Assembly: GCA_964016885.1 (NCBI GenBank)
Contig: OZ024741.1
Span: forward strand, 260,214,001 to 260,278,000
From: Eledone cirrhosa
Lineage: Eukaryota
DNA: 64,000 bases
Reading direction: 5' to 3'
The translations under genes and the position numbers were made by a program. Within the stretch, counting starts at the first letter, position 1. Each line of letters opens with the position of its first letter. Below are positions 13,901 to 25,389 of the stretch, in pieces. The notes beneath the pieces were generated by a model. That model was not told the DNA's origin. It ran no database searches and saw only the letters and a list, made by a program, of their open reading frames with translations.

Positions 13901-16900
13901 CAGTGTTGTTGTAGTTGTTGCTGTTTACTCTGTCAGTGCCAGTGTTGTTGTAGTTGTTGCTGTTTTCTGTGTCAGTGCCAGTGTTGTTGTTGTTGCTGTT
14001 TTCTCTGTCAGTGTTGTTGTAGTTGTTGCTGTTTTCTCTGTCAGTGCCAGTGTTGTTGTTGTTGCTGTTTTCTGTGTCAGTGCCAGTGTTGTTGTAGTTG
14101 TTGCTGTTTTCTCTGTCAGTGCCAGTGTTATTGTAGTTGTTGCTGTTTTCTGTGTCAGTACCGGTGTTGTTGTTGTTGCTGTTTTCACTGTCAGTGCCAG
14201 TGTTGTTGTTGTTGCTGTTTTCTGTGTCAGTGCCAGTGTTGTTGTAGTTGTTGCTGTTTTCTCTGTCAGTGCCAGTTTTGTTGTAGTTGTTGCTGTTTTC
14301 TGTGTCAGTGCCAGTGTTGTTGTAGTTGTTGCTGTTTTCTTTGTCAGTGCCAGTGTTGTTGTTGTTGCTGTTTTTTCTGTCAGTGCCAGTGTTGTTGTTG
14401 TTGCTGTTTTCACTGTCAGTGCCAGTTTTGTTGTTGTTGCTGTTTTCTGTGTCATTGCCAGTGTTGTTGTAGTTGTTGCTGTTTTCTCTGTCAGTGCCAG
14501 TGTTATTGTAGTTGTTGCTGTTTTCTGTGTCAGTACCGGTGTTGTTGTTGTTGCTGTTTTCTCTGTCAGTGCCAGTGTTGTTGTTGTTGCTGTTTTCTGT
14601 GTCAGTGCCAGTGTTGTTGTAGTTGTTGCTGTTTTCTGTGTCAGTGCCAGTGTTGTTGTAGTTGTTGCTGTTTTCTGTGTCAGTGCCAGTGTTGTTGTAG
14701 TTGTTGCTGTTTTCTCTGTCAGTGGCAGTGTTATTGTAGTTGTTGCTGTTTTCTGTGTCAGTACCGGTGTTGTTGTTGTTGCTGTTTTCACTGTCAGTGC
14801 CAGTGTTGTTGTTGTTGCTGTTTTCTCTGTCAGTGCCATTGTTGTTGTAGTTGTTGCTGTTTTCTCTGTCAGTGCCAGTGTTGTTGTAGTTGTTGCTGTT
14901 TTCTCTGTCAGTGCCAGTGTTTTTGTAGTTGTTGCTGTTTTCTCTGTCAGTGCCAGTGTTGTTGTAGTTGTTGCTGTTTTCTGTGTCAGTGCCAGTGTTG
15001 TTGTTGCTGTTTTCTCTGTCAGTGCCAGTGTTGTTGTAGTTGTTGCTGTTTTCTGTGTCAGTGCCAGTGTTGTTGTAGTTGTTGCTGTTTTCTGTGTCAG
15101 TGCCAGTGTTGTTGTAGTTGTTGCTGTTTTGTCTGTCAGTGCCAGTGTTGTTGCTGTTTTCTCTGTCAGTGCCAGTGTTGTTGTAGTTGTTGTTGTTTTC
15201 TGTGTCAGTGCCAGTGTTGTTGCTGTTGCTGTTTTCTCTGTCAGTGCCAGTGTTGTTGTAGTTGTTGCTGTTTTCTCTGTCAGTGCCAGTGTTGTTGTAG
15301 TTGTTGCTGTTTTCTGTGTCAGTGCCAGTGTTGTTGTTGTTGCTGTTTTCTCTGTCAGTGCCAGTGTTGTTGTAGTTGTTGCTGTTTTCTTTGTCAGTGC
15401 CAGTGTTGTTGCTGTTGTTGCTGTTTTCTGTGTCAGTGCCAGTGTTGTTGTTGCTGTTTTCTGTGTCAGTGCCAGTGTTTTTGTTGTTGCTGTTTTCTGT
15501 GTCAGTGCCAGTGTTGTTCTAGTTGTTGCTGTTTTCTGTGCCAGTGCCAGTGTTGTTGTAGTTGTTGCTGTTTTCTCTGTCAGTGCCAGTGTTGTTGTAG
15601 TTGTTGCTGTTTTCTCTGTCAGTGCCAGTGTTGTTGTAGTTGTTGCTGTTTTCTGTGTCAGTGCCAGTGATGTTGTTGTTGCTGTTTTCTCTGTCAGTGC
15701 CAGTGTTGTTGTAGTTATTGCTGTTTTCTGTGTCAGTGCCACTGTTGTTGTTGCTGTTTTCTGTGTCAGTGCCAGTGTTGTTGTTGTTGCTGTTTTCTCT
15801 GTCAGTGCCAGTGTTGTTGTTGCTGTTTTCTCTGTCAGTGCCAGTGTTGTTGTTGTTGCTGTTTTCTGTGTCAGTGCCATTGTTATTGCTGTTGTTGCTG
15901 TTTTCTGTGTCAGTGCCAGTGTTGTTGTTGCTGTTGTTGCTGTTTTCTGTGTCAGTGCCAGTGTTGTTGCTGTTTCTGTTTTCTCTGTCAGTGCCAGTGT
16001 TGTTGTAGTTGTTGCTGTTTTCTCTGTCAGTGCCAGTGTTGTAGTTGTTGCTGTTTTCTCTGTCAGTGCCAGTGTTGTTGTTGCTGTTTTCTCTGTCAGT
16101 GCCAGTGTTGTTGTAGTTGTTGCTGTTTTCTCTGTCAGTGCCAGTGTTGTTGTAGTTGTTGCTGTTTTCTGTGTCAGTGCCGGTGTTGTTGTTGTTGCTA
16201 TTTTCTGTGTCAGTGCCAGTGTTGTTGCTGTTGCTGTTTTCTCTGTCAGTGCCAGTGTTGTTGTAGTTGTTGCTGCTTTCTCTGTCAGTGCCAGTGTTGT
16301 TGTAGTTGTTTCTGTTTTCTGTGTCAGTGCCAGTGTTGTTGTTGTTGCTGTTTTCTCTGTCAGTGCCAGTGTTGTTGTAGTTGTTGCTGTTTTCTGTGTC
16401 AGTGCCACTGTTGTTGTTGCTGTTTTCTGTGTCTGTGCCAGTGTTGTTGTTGTTGCTGTTTTCTCTGTCAGTGCCAGTGTTGTTGCTGTTTTCTCTGTCA
16501 GTGCCAGTGTTGTTGTTGTTGCTGTTTTCTGTGTCAGTGCCAGTGTTGTTGTAGTTGTTGCTGTTTTCTGTGTCAGTGCCAGTGTTGTTGTAGTTGTTGC
16601 TGTTTTCTGTGTCAGTGCCAGTGTTGTTGTAGTTGTTGCTGTTTTCTCTGTGAGTGCCAGTGTTGTTGTAGTTGTTGCTGTTTACTCTGTCAGTGCCAGT
16701 GTTGTTGTAGTTGTTGCTGTTTTCTGTGTCAGTGCCAGTGTTGTTGTTGTTGCTGTTTTCTCTGTCAGTGCCAGTGTTGTTGTAGTTGTTGCTGTTTTCT
16801 CTGTCAGTGCCAGTTTTGTTGTAGTTGTTGCTGTTTTCTGTGTCAGTGCCAGTGTTGTTGTAGTTGTTGCTGTTTTCTTTGTCAGTGCCAGTGTTGTTGT

Positions 16901-19130
16901 TGTTGCTGTTTTCTCTGTCAGTGCCAGTGTTGTAGTTGTTGCTGTTTTCTCTGTCAGTGCCAGTGTTGTTGTTGCTGTTTTCTCTGTCAGTGCCAGTGTT
17001 GTTGTTGTTGCTATTTTCACTGTCAGTGCCAGTGTTGTTGTTGTTGCTATTTTCACTGTCAGTGCCAGTGTTGTTGCTGTTGCTGTTTTCTCTGTCAGTG
17101 CCAGTGATGTTGTAGTTGTTGCTGTTTTCTGTGTTAGTGCCAGTGTTGTTGTAGTTGTTGCTGTTTTCTGTGTCAGTGCCAGTGTTGTTGTTGTTGCTGT
17201 TTTCTCTGTCAGTGCCAGTGTTGTTGTAGTTGTTGCTGCTTTCTCTGTCAGTGCCAGTGTTGTTGTAGTTGTTGCTATTTTCTGTGTCAGTGCCAGTGTT
17301 GTTGTTGTTGCTGTTTTCTCTGTCAGTGCCAGTGTTGTTGTAGTTGTTGCTGTTTTCTGTGTCAGTGCCACTGTTGTTGTTGCTGTTTTCTGTGTCAGTG
17401 CCAGTGTTGTTGTTGTTGCTGTTTTCTCTGTCAGTGCCAGTGTTGTTGTTGCTGTTTTCTCTGTCAGTGCCAGTGTTGTTGTTGTTGCTGTTTTCTGTGT
17501 CAGTGCCATTGTTATTGCTGTTGTTGCTGTTTTCTGTGTCAGTGCCAGTGTTGTTGTTGCTGTTGTTGCTGTTTTCTGTGTCAGTGCCAGTGTTGTTGCT
17601 GTTGCTGTTTTCTCTGTCAGTGCCAGTGTTGTTGTAGTTGTTGCTGTTTTCTCTGTCAGTGCCCGTGTTGTTGTAGTTGTTGCTGTTTTCTGTGTCAGTA
17701 CCGGTGTTGTTGTTGTTGCTGTTTTCTCTGTCAGTGCCAGTGTTGTTGTTGTTGCTGTTTTCTCTGTCAGTGCCAGTGTTGTTGTTGTTGCTGTTTTCTC
17801 TGTCAGTGCCAGTGTTGTTGTTGTTGCTGTTTTCTGTGTCAGTGCCAGTGTTGTTGTAGTTGTTGCTGTTTTCTGTGTCAGTGCCAGTGTTGTTTTAGTT
17901 GTTGCTGTTTTCTGTGTCAGTGCCAGTGTTGTTGTAGTTGTTGCTGTTTTCTCTGTCAGTGCCAGTGTTGTTGTTGTTGTTGTTGCTGTTTTCTGTGTCA
18001 GTGCCAGTGTTGTTGTAGTTGTTGCTGTTTTCTCTGTGAGTGCCAGTGTTGTAGTTGTTGCTGTTTTCTCTGTCAGTGCCAGTGTTGTTGTAGTTGTTGC
18101 TGTTTTCTGTGTCAGTGCCAGTGTTGTTGTTGCTGTTTTCTGTTTTCTGTGTCAGTGACAGTGTTGTTGTTGTTGCTGTTTTCTCTGTCAGTGCCAGTGT
18201 TGTTGTAGTTGTTGCTGTTTTCTGTGTCAGCGCCAGTGTTGTTGTATTTGTTGCTGTTTTCTCCGTTAGTGCCAGTGTTGTTGTAGTTGTTGCTGTTTTC
18301 TGTGTCAGTGCCAGTGTTGTTGTTGCTGTTTTCTGTGTCAGTGCCAGTGTTGTTGTTGTTGCTGTTTTCTCTGTCAGTGCCAGTGTTGTTGTAGTTGTTG
18401 CTGTTTTCTCTGTCAGTGCCAGTTTTGTTGTAGTTGTTGCTGTTTTCTGTGTCAGTGCCAGTGTTGTTGTAGTTGTTGCTGTTTTCTCTGTCAGTGCCAG
18501 TGTTGTTGTTGCTGTTTTCTCTGTCAGTGTTGTTGTTGTTGCTATTTTCACTGTCAGTATCAGTGTTGTTGTTGTTGCTGTTTTCTGTGTCAGTGCCAGT
18601 GTTGTTGTTGTTGTTGCTGTTTTCTGTGTCAGTGCCAGTGTTGTTGTTGTTACTGTTGCTGTTTTCTGTGTCAGTGCCAGTCTTGTTGTTGTTACTGTTG
18701 CTGTTTTCTGTGCCAGTGCCAGTGTTATTGTTGCTGTTGTTGCTGTTTTCTGTGTCAGTGCCACTGTTGTTGTTGCTGTTGTTGCTGTTTTCTGTGTCAG
18801 TGCCAGTGGTGTTGTTGCTGTTGTTGCTGTTTTCTGTGTCAGTGCCAGTGTTGTTGTTGCTGTTGTTGCCGTTTTCTGTGTCAGTGCCAGTGTTGTTGCT
18901 GTTTCTGTTTTCTCTGTCAGTGCCAGTGTTGTTGTAGTTGTTGCTGTTTTCTCTGTCAGTGCCAGTGTTGTTGTTGTTGCTGTTTTCTCTGTCAGTGCCA
19001 GTGTTGTTGTAGTTGTTGCTGTTTTCTTTGTCAGTGCCAGTGTTGTTGCTGTTGTTGCTGTTTTCTGTGTCAGTGCCAGTGTTGTTGTTGCTGTTTCTCT
19101 GTCAGTGCCAGTGTTTTTGTTGTTGCTGTT
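4960..19130. repeat. Higher-order tandem duplication of ~7 kb: ~4960-12410 and ~12490-19130 (initial offset 7530, shrinking through internal indels)
   Basis: Private markers: GTTGATGTA 5645/13175, CTGGGCC 6041/13571, GTCATTGCCACT 6147/13677, GGCAGT 7236/14724, TTTTGTCT ~7606/15127, 7-bp duplication GTTTTCTGTTTTCT ~11427/18135, CTCCGTTA 11553/18261, 1-bp deletion GCTGTTTCTCT ~12370/19093. Confidence 0.9.
7750..10110. repeat. Nested tandem duplication of ~1.15-1.25 kb found only in the first 7-kb copy
   Basis: The marker series TTCTTTGTC, GTTTTTGTT, GTTCTAG, GCCATT, GTTTCTG, CTATTTTCTG, GCTGCT, GTCTGTGCC occurs twice in a row (~7867-8915, then ~9122-10065). It occurs once in the matching 15390-16440 region. 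Confidence 0.8.
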
Positions 19131-21900
19131 TTCTGTGTCAGTGCCACTGTTGTTGTTGCTGTTTTCTGTGCCAGTGCCAGTGTTGTTGTAGTTGTTGCTG
19201 TTTTCTCTGTCAGTGCCAGTGTTGTTGTAGTTGTTGCTGTTTTCTCTGTCAGTGCCAGTGTTGTTGTAGTTGTTGCTGTTTTCTGTGTCAGTGCCAGTGT
19301 TGTTGTTGTTGCTGTTTTCTCTGTCAGTGCCAGTGTTGTTGTAGTTATTGCTGTTTTCTGTGTCAGTGCCACTGTTGTTGTTGCTGTTTTCTGTGTCAGT
19401 GCCAGTGTTGTTGTTGTTGCTGTTTTCTCTGTCAGTGCCAGTGTTGTTGTTGCTGTTTTCTCTGTCAGTGCCAGTGTTGTTGTTGTTGCTGTTTTCTGTG
19501 TCAGTGCCATTGTTATTGCTGTTGTTGCTGTTTTCTGTGTCAGTGCCAGTGTTGTTGTTGCTGTTGTTGCCGTTTTCTGTGTCAGTGCCAGTGTTGTTGC
19601 TGTTTCTGTTTTCTCTGTCAGTGCCAGTGTTGTTGTAGTTGTTGCTGTTTTCTCTGTCAGTGCCAGTGTTGTAGTTGTTGCTGTTTTCTCTGTCAGTGCC
19701 AGTGTTGTTGTTGCTGTTTTCTCTGTCAGTGCCAGTGTTGTTGTAGTTGTTGCTGTTTTCTCTGTCAGTGCCAGTGTTGTTGTAGTTGTTGCTGTTTTCT
19801 GTGTCAGTGCCGGTGTTGTTGTTGTTGCTATTTTCTGTGTCAGTGCCAGTGTTGTTGCTGTTGCTGTTTTCTCTGTCAGTGCCAGTGTTGTTGTAGTTGT
19901 TGCTGCTTTCTCTGTCAGTGCCAGTGTTGTTGTAGTTGTTTCTGTTTTCTGTGTCAGTGCCAGTGTTGTTGTTGTTGCTGTTTTCTCTGTCAGTGCCAGT
20001 GTTGTTGTAGTTGTTGCTGTTTTCTGTGTCAGTGCCACTGTTGTTGTTGCTGTTTTCTGTGTCTGTGCCAGTGTTGTTGTTGTTGCTGTTTTCTCTGTCA
20101 GTGCCAGTGTTGTTGTTGCTGTTTTCTCTGTCAGTGCCAGTGTTGTTGTTGCTGTTTTCTGTGTCAGTGCCAGTGTTGTTGTAGTTGTTGCTGTTTTCTG
20201 TGTCAGTGCCAGTGTTGTTGTAGTTGTTGCTGTTTTCTGTGTCAGTGCCAGTGTTGTTGTAGTTGTTGCTGTTTTCTCTGTGAGTGCCAGTGTTGTTGTA
20301 GTTGTTGCTGTTTACTCTGTCAGTGCCAGTGTTGTTGTAGTTGTTGCTGTTTTCTGTGTCAGTGCCAGTGTTGTTGTTGTTGCTGTTTTCTCTGTCAGTG
20401 CCAGTGTTGTTGTAGTTGTTGCTGTTTTCTCTGTCAGTGCCAGTTTTGTTGTAGTTGTTGCTGTTTTCTGTGTCAGTGCCAGTGTTGTTGTAGTTGTTGC
20501 TGTTTTCTTTGTCAGTGCCAGTGTTGTTGTTGTTGCTGTTTTCTCTGTCAGTGCCAGTGTTGTAGTTGTTGCTGTTTTCTGTGTCAGTGCCAGTGTTGTT
20601 GTTGTTGCTGTTTTCTCTGTCAGTGCCAGTGTTGTTGTAGTTGTTGCTGTTTTCTATGTCAGTGCCACTGTTGTTGTTGCTGTTTTCTGTGTCAGTGCCA
20701 GTGTTGTTGTTGCTGTTTTCTCTGTCAGTGCCAGTGTTGTTGTTGCTGTTTTCTGTGTCAGTGCCAGTGTTGTTGTTGTTGCTGTTTTCTGTGTCAGTGC
20801 CATTGTTATTGCTGTTGTTGCTGTTTTCTGTGTCAGTGCCAGTGTTGTTGTTGCTGTTGTTGCTGTTTTCTGTGTCAGTGCCAGTGTTGTTGCTGTTGCT
20901 GTTTTCTCTGTCAGTGCCAGTGTTGTTGTAGTTGTTGCTGTTTTCTCTGTCAGTGCCCGTGTTGTTGTAGTTGTTGCTGTTTTCTGTGTCAGTACCGGTG
21001 TTGTTGTTGTTGCTGTTTTCTCTGTCAGTGCCAGTGTTGTTGTTGTTGCTGTTTTCTCTGTCAGTGCCAGTGTTGTTGTTGTTGCTGTTTTCTCTGTCAG
21101 TGCCAGTGTTGTTGTTGTTGCTGTTTTCTGTGTCAGTGCCAGTGTTGTTGTAGTTGTTGCTGTTTTCTGTGTCAGTGCCAGTGTTGTTTTAGTTGTTGCT
21201 GTTTTCTGTGTCAGTGCCAGTGTTGTTGTAGTTGTTGCTGTTTTCTCTGTCAGTGCCAGTGTTGTTGTAGTTGTTGCTGTTTTCTGTGTCAGTGCCAGTG
21301 TTGTTGTAGTTGTTGCTGTTTTCTCTGTGAGTGCCAGTGTTGTAGTTGTTGCTGTTTTCTCTGTCAGTGCCAGTGTTGTTGTAGTTGTTGCTGTTTTCTG
21401 TGTCAGTGCCAGTGTTGTTGTTGCTGTTTTCTGTGTCAGTGCCAGTGTTGTTGTTGCTGTTTTCTCTGTCAGTGCCAGTGTTGTTGTAGTTGTTGCTGTT
21501 TTCTGTGTCAGCGCCAGTGTTGTTGTAGTTGTTGCTGTTTTCTCTGTCAGTGCCAGTGTTGTTGTAGTTGTTGCTGTTTTCTGTGTCAGTGCCAGTGTTG
21601 TTGTTGCTGTTTTCTGTGTCAGTGCCAGTGTTGTTGTTGTTGCTGTTTTCTCTGTCAGTGCCAGTGTTGTTGTAGTTGTTGCTGTTTTCTCTGTCAGTGC
21701 CAGTTTTGTTGTAGTTGTTGCTGTTTTCTGTGTCAGTGCCAGTGTTGTTGTAGTTGTTGCTGTTTTCTCTGTCAGTGCCAGTGTTGTTGTTGCTGTTTTC
21801 TCTGTCAGTGTTGTTGTTGTTGCTATTTTCACTGTCAGTACCAGTGTTGTTGTTGTTGCTGTTTTCTGTGTCAGTGCCAGTGTTGTTGTTGTTGTTGCTG
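15470..21900. repeat. Overlapping duplication: ~15470-18600 recopied at ~19110-21900 (offset 3630, then ~3290)
   Basis: ORF and marker offsets: 15718/19348 and TTTACT 16681/20311 (3630); GCCCGT 17661/20955, ACCGGT 17700/20994 and GTTTTAG ~17893/21185 (~3294). Confidence 0.75.
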
Positions 21901-24900
21901 TTTTCTGTGTCAGTGCCAGTGTTGTTGTTGCTGTTTTCCGTGCCAGTGTTGTTGTAGTTGTTGCTGTTTTCTGTGCCAGTGCCAGTGTTATTGTTGCTGT
22001 TGTTGCTGTTTTCTGTGTCAGTGCCACTGTTGTTGTTGCTGTTGTTGCTGTTTTCTGTGTCAGTGCCAGTGTTGTTGTTGCTGTTGTTGCTGTTTTCTGT
22101 GTCAATGCCAGTGTTGTTGTTGCTGTTTTCCGTGCCAGTGTTGTTGTAGTTGTTGCTGTTTTCTGTGTCAGTGCCAGTGTTCTTGCTGTTGCTGTTTTCT
22201 GTGTCAGTGCCAGTGTTCTTGCTGTTGCTGTTTTCTGTGTCAGTGCCACTGTTGTTGTTGCTGTTGTTGCTGTTTTCTGTGTCAGTGCCAGTGTTGTTGT
22301 TGCTGTTGTTGCTGTTTTCTGTGTCAATGCCAGTGTTGTTGTTGCTGTTTTCCGTGCCAGTGTTGTAGTTGTTGCTGTTTTCTGTGTCAGTGCCAGTGTT
22401 CTTGCTGTTGTTGTTTTCTGTGTCAGTTCCAGTGTTGTTGTTGTTGTTGCTGTTGCTGTTTTCTGTGCCAGTGCCAGTGTTATTGTTGCTGTTGTTGCTG
22501 TTTCTCTGTCAGTGCCAGTGTTGTTGTAGTTGTTGCTGTTTTCTCTGTCAGTGCCAGTGTTGTTGTAGTTGTTGCTGTTTTCTGTGTCAGTGCCAGTGTT
22601 GCTGTTGCTGTTTTCTGTGCCAGTGCCAGTGTTATTGTTGCTGTTGTTGCTGTTTTCTGTGTCAGTGCCACGGTTGTTGTTGCTGTTGTTGCTGTTTTCT
22701 GTGTCAGTGCCAGTGCTGTTGTTGCTGTTGTTGCTGTTTTCCGTGCCAGTGCCAGTGTTGTTGTTGTTGCTGCTTTCTCTGTCAGTGCCAGTGTTGTAGT
22801 TGTTGCTGTTTTCTCTGTCAGTGCCAGTGTTGTTGTAGTTGTTGCTGTTTTCTGTGTCAGTGTCAGTGTTGTTGTTGTTGCTGTTTTCTGTGTCAGTGCC
22901 AGTGTTGTTGTTGTTGCTGTTTTCTCTGTCAGTGCCAGTGTTGTTGCTGTTGCTATTTTCACTGTCAGTGCCAGTGTTGTTGTTGTTGCTGTTTTCTGTG
23001 TCAGTGCCAGTTTTGTTGTTGTTGCTGTTTTCTGTGTCAGTGCCAGTGTTGTTGTTGTTGCTGTTTTCTCTGTCAGTGCCAGTGTTGTTGTTGTTACTGT
23101 TGCTGTTTTCTGTGTCAGTTCCAGTGTTGCTGTTGCTGTTTTCTGTGCCAGTGCCAGTGTTATTGTTGCTGTTGTTGCTGTTTTCTGTGTCAGTGCCACG
23201 GTTGTTGTTGCTGTTGTTGCTGTTTTCTGTGTCAGTGCCAGTGTTGTTGTTGCTGTTGTTGCTGTTTTCTGTGTCAGTGCCAGTGTTGTTGTTGCTGTTG
23301 TTGCTGTTTTCCGTGCCAGTGTTGTTGTAGTTGTTGCTGTTTTCTGTGTCAGTGCCAGTGTTGTTGTAGTTGTTGCTGTTTTCTGTGTCAGTGCCAGTGT
23401 TGTTGCTGTTTTCTCTGTCAGTGCCAGTGTTGTTGTAGTTGTTGCTGTTTTCTGTGTCAGTGTCAGTGTTGTTGTAGTTATTGCTGTTTTCTGTGTCAGT
23501 GCCAGTGTTGTTGTAGTTGTTGCTGTTTTCTCTGTCAGTGCCAGTGTTGTTGTAGTTGTTGCTGTTTTCTCTGTCAGTGCCAGTGTTGTTGTAGTTGTTG
23601 TTGTTTTCTTGTCAGTGCCAGTGTTGTTGCTGTTGCTGTTTTCTCTGTCAGTGCCAGTGTTGTTGTAGTTGTTGCTGTTTTCTCTGTCAGTGCCAGTGTT
23701 GTTGTAGTTGTTGCTGTTTTCTGTGTCAGTGCCAGTGTTGTTGTTGCTGTTTTCTCTGTCAGTGCCAGTGTTGTTGTAGTTGTTGCTGTTTTCTCTGTCA
23801 GTGCCAGTGTTGTTGTAGTTGTTGGTGTTTTCTGTGTCAGTGCCAGTGTTGTTGCTGTTGTTGCTGTTTTCTGTGTCAGTGCCAGTGTTGTTGTTGCTGT
23901 TTTCTCTGTCAGTGCCAGTGTTTTTGTTGTTGCTGTTTTCTGTGTCAGTGCCAGTGTTGTTCTAGTTGTTGCTGTTTTCTGTGCCAGTGCCAGTGTTGTT
24001 GTAGTTGTTGCTGTTTTCTCTGTCAGTGCCAGTGTTGTTGTAGTTGTTGCTGTTTTCTCTGTCAGTGCCAGTGTTGTTGTAGTTGTTGCTGTTTTCTGTG
24101 TCAATGCCAGTGTTGTTGTTGTTGCTGTTTTCTCTGTCAGTGCCAGTGTTGTTGTAGTTATTGCTGTTTTCTGTGTCAGTGCCACTGTTGTTGTTGCTGT
24201 TTTCTGTGTCAGTGCCAGTGTTGTTGTTGCTGTTTTCTCTGTCAGTGCCAGTGTTGTTGTTGCTGTTTTCTCTGTCAGTGCCAGTGTTGTTTTTGTTGCT
24301 GTTTTCTGTGTCAGTGCCATTGTTATTGCTGTTGTTGCTGTTTTCTGTGTCAGTGCCAGTGTTGTTGTTGCTGTTGTTGCTGTTTTCTGTGTCAGTGCCA
24401 GTGTTGCTGTTGCTGTTTTCTGTGCCAGTGCCAGTGTTATTGTTGCTGTTGTTGCTGTTTTCTGTGTCAGTGCCACGGTTGTTGTTGCTGTTGTTGCTGT
24501 TTTCTGTGTCAGTGCCAGTGTTGTTGTTGCTGTTGTTGCTGTTTTCTGTGTCAGTGCCAGTGTTGTTGTTGCTGTTGTTGCTGTTTTCCGTGCCAGTGTT
24601 GTTGTAGTTGTTGCTGTTTTCTGTGTCAGTGCCAGTGTTGTTGTAGTTGTTGCTGTTTTCTGTGTCAGTGCCAGTGTTGTTGTTGCTGTTTTCTCTGTCA
24701 GTGCCAGTGTTGTTGTAGTTGTTGCTGTTTTCTGTGTCAGTGTCAGTGTTGTTGTAGTTGTTGCTGTTTTCTGTGTCAGTGCCAGTGTTGTTGTAGTTGT
24801 TGCTGTTTTCTCTGTCAGTGCCAGTGTTGTTGTAGTTGTTGCTGTTTTCTCTGTCAGTGCCAGTGTTGTTGTAGTTGTTGTTGTTTTCTGTGTCAGTGCC

Positions 24901-25389
24901 AGTGTTGTTGCTGTTGCTGTTTTCTCTGTCAGTGCCAGTGTTGTTGTAGTTGTTGCTGTTTTCTCTGTCAGTGCCAGTGTTGTTGTAGTTGTTGCTGTTT
25001 TCTGTGTCAGTGCCAGTGTTGTTGTTGTTGTTGCTGTTTTCTCTGTCAGTGCCAGTGTTGTTGTAGTTGTTGCTGTTTTCTCTGTCAGTGCCAGTGTTGT
25101 TGTAGTTGTTGCTGTTTTCTGTGTCAGTGCCAGTGTTGTTGCTGTTGTTGCTGTTTTCTGTGTCAGTGCCAGTGTTGTTGTTGCTGTTTTCTCTGTCAGT
25201 GTCAGTGTTTTTGTTGTTGCTGTTTTCTGTGTCAGTGCCAGTGTTGTTCTAGTTGTTGCTGTTTTCTCTGTCAGTGCCAGTGTTGTTGTAGTTGTTGCTG
25301 TTTTCTCTGTCAGTGCCAGTGTTGTTGTAGTAGTTGCTGTTTTCTGTGTCAGTGCCAGTTTTGTTGTTGTTGCTGTTTTCTCTGTCAGT

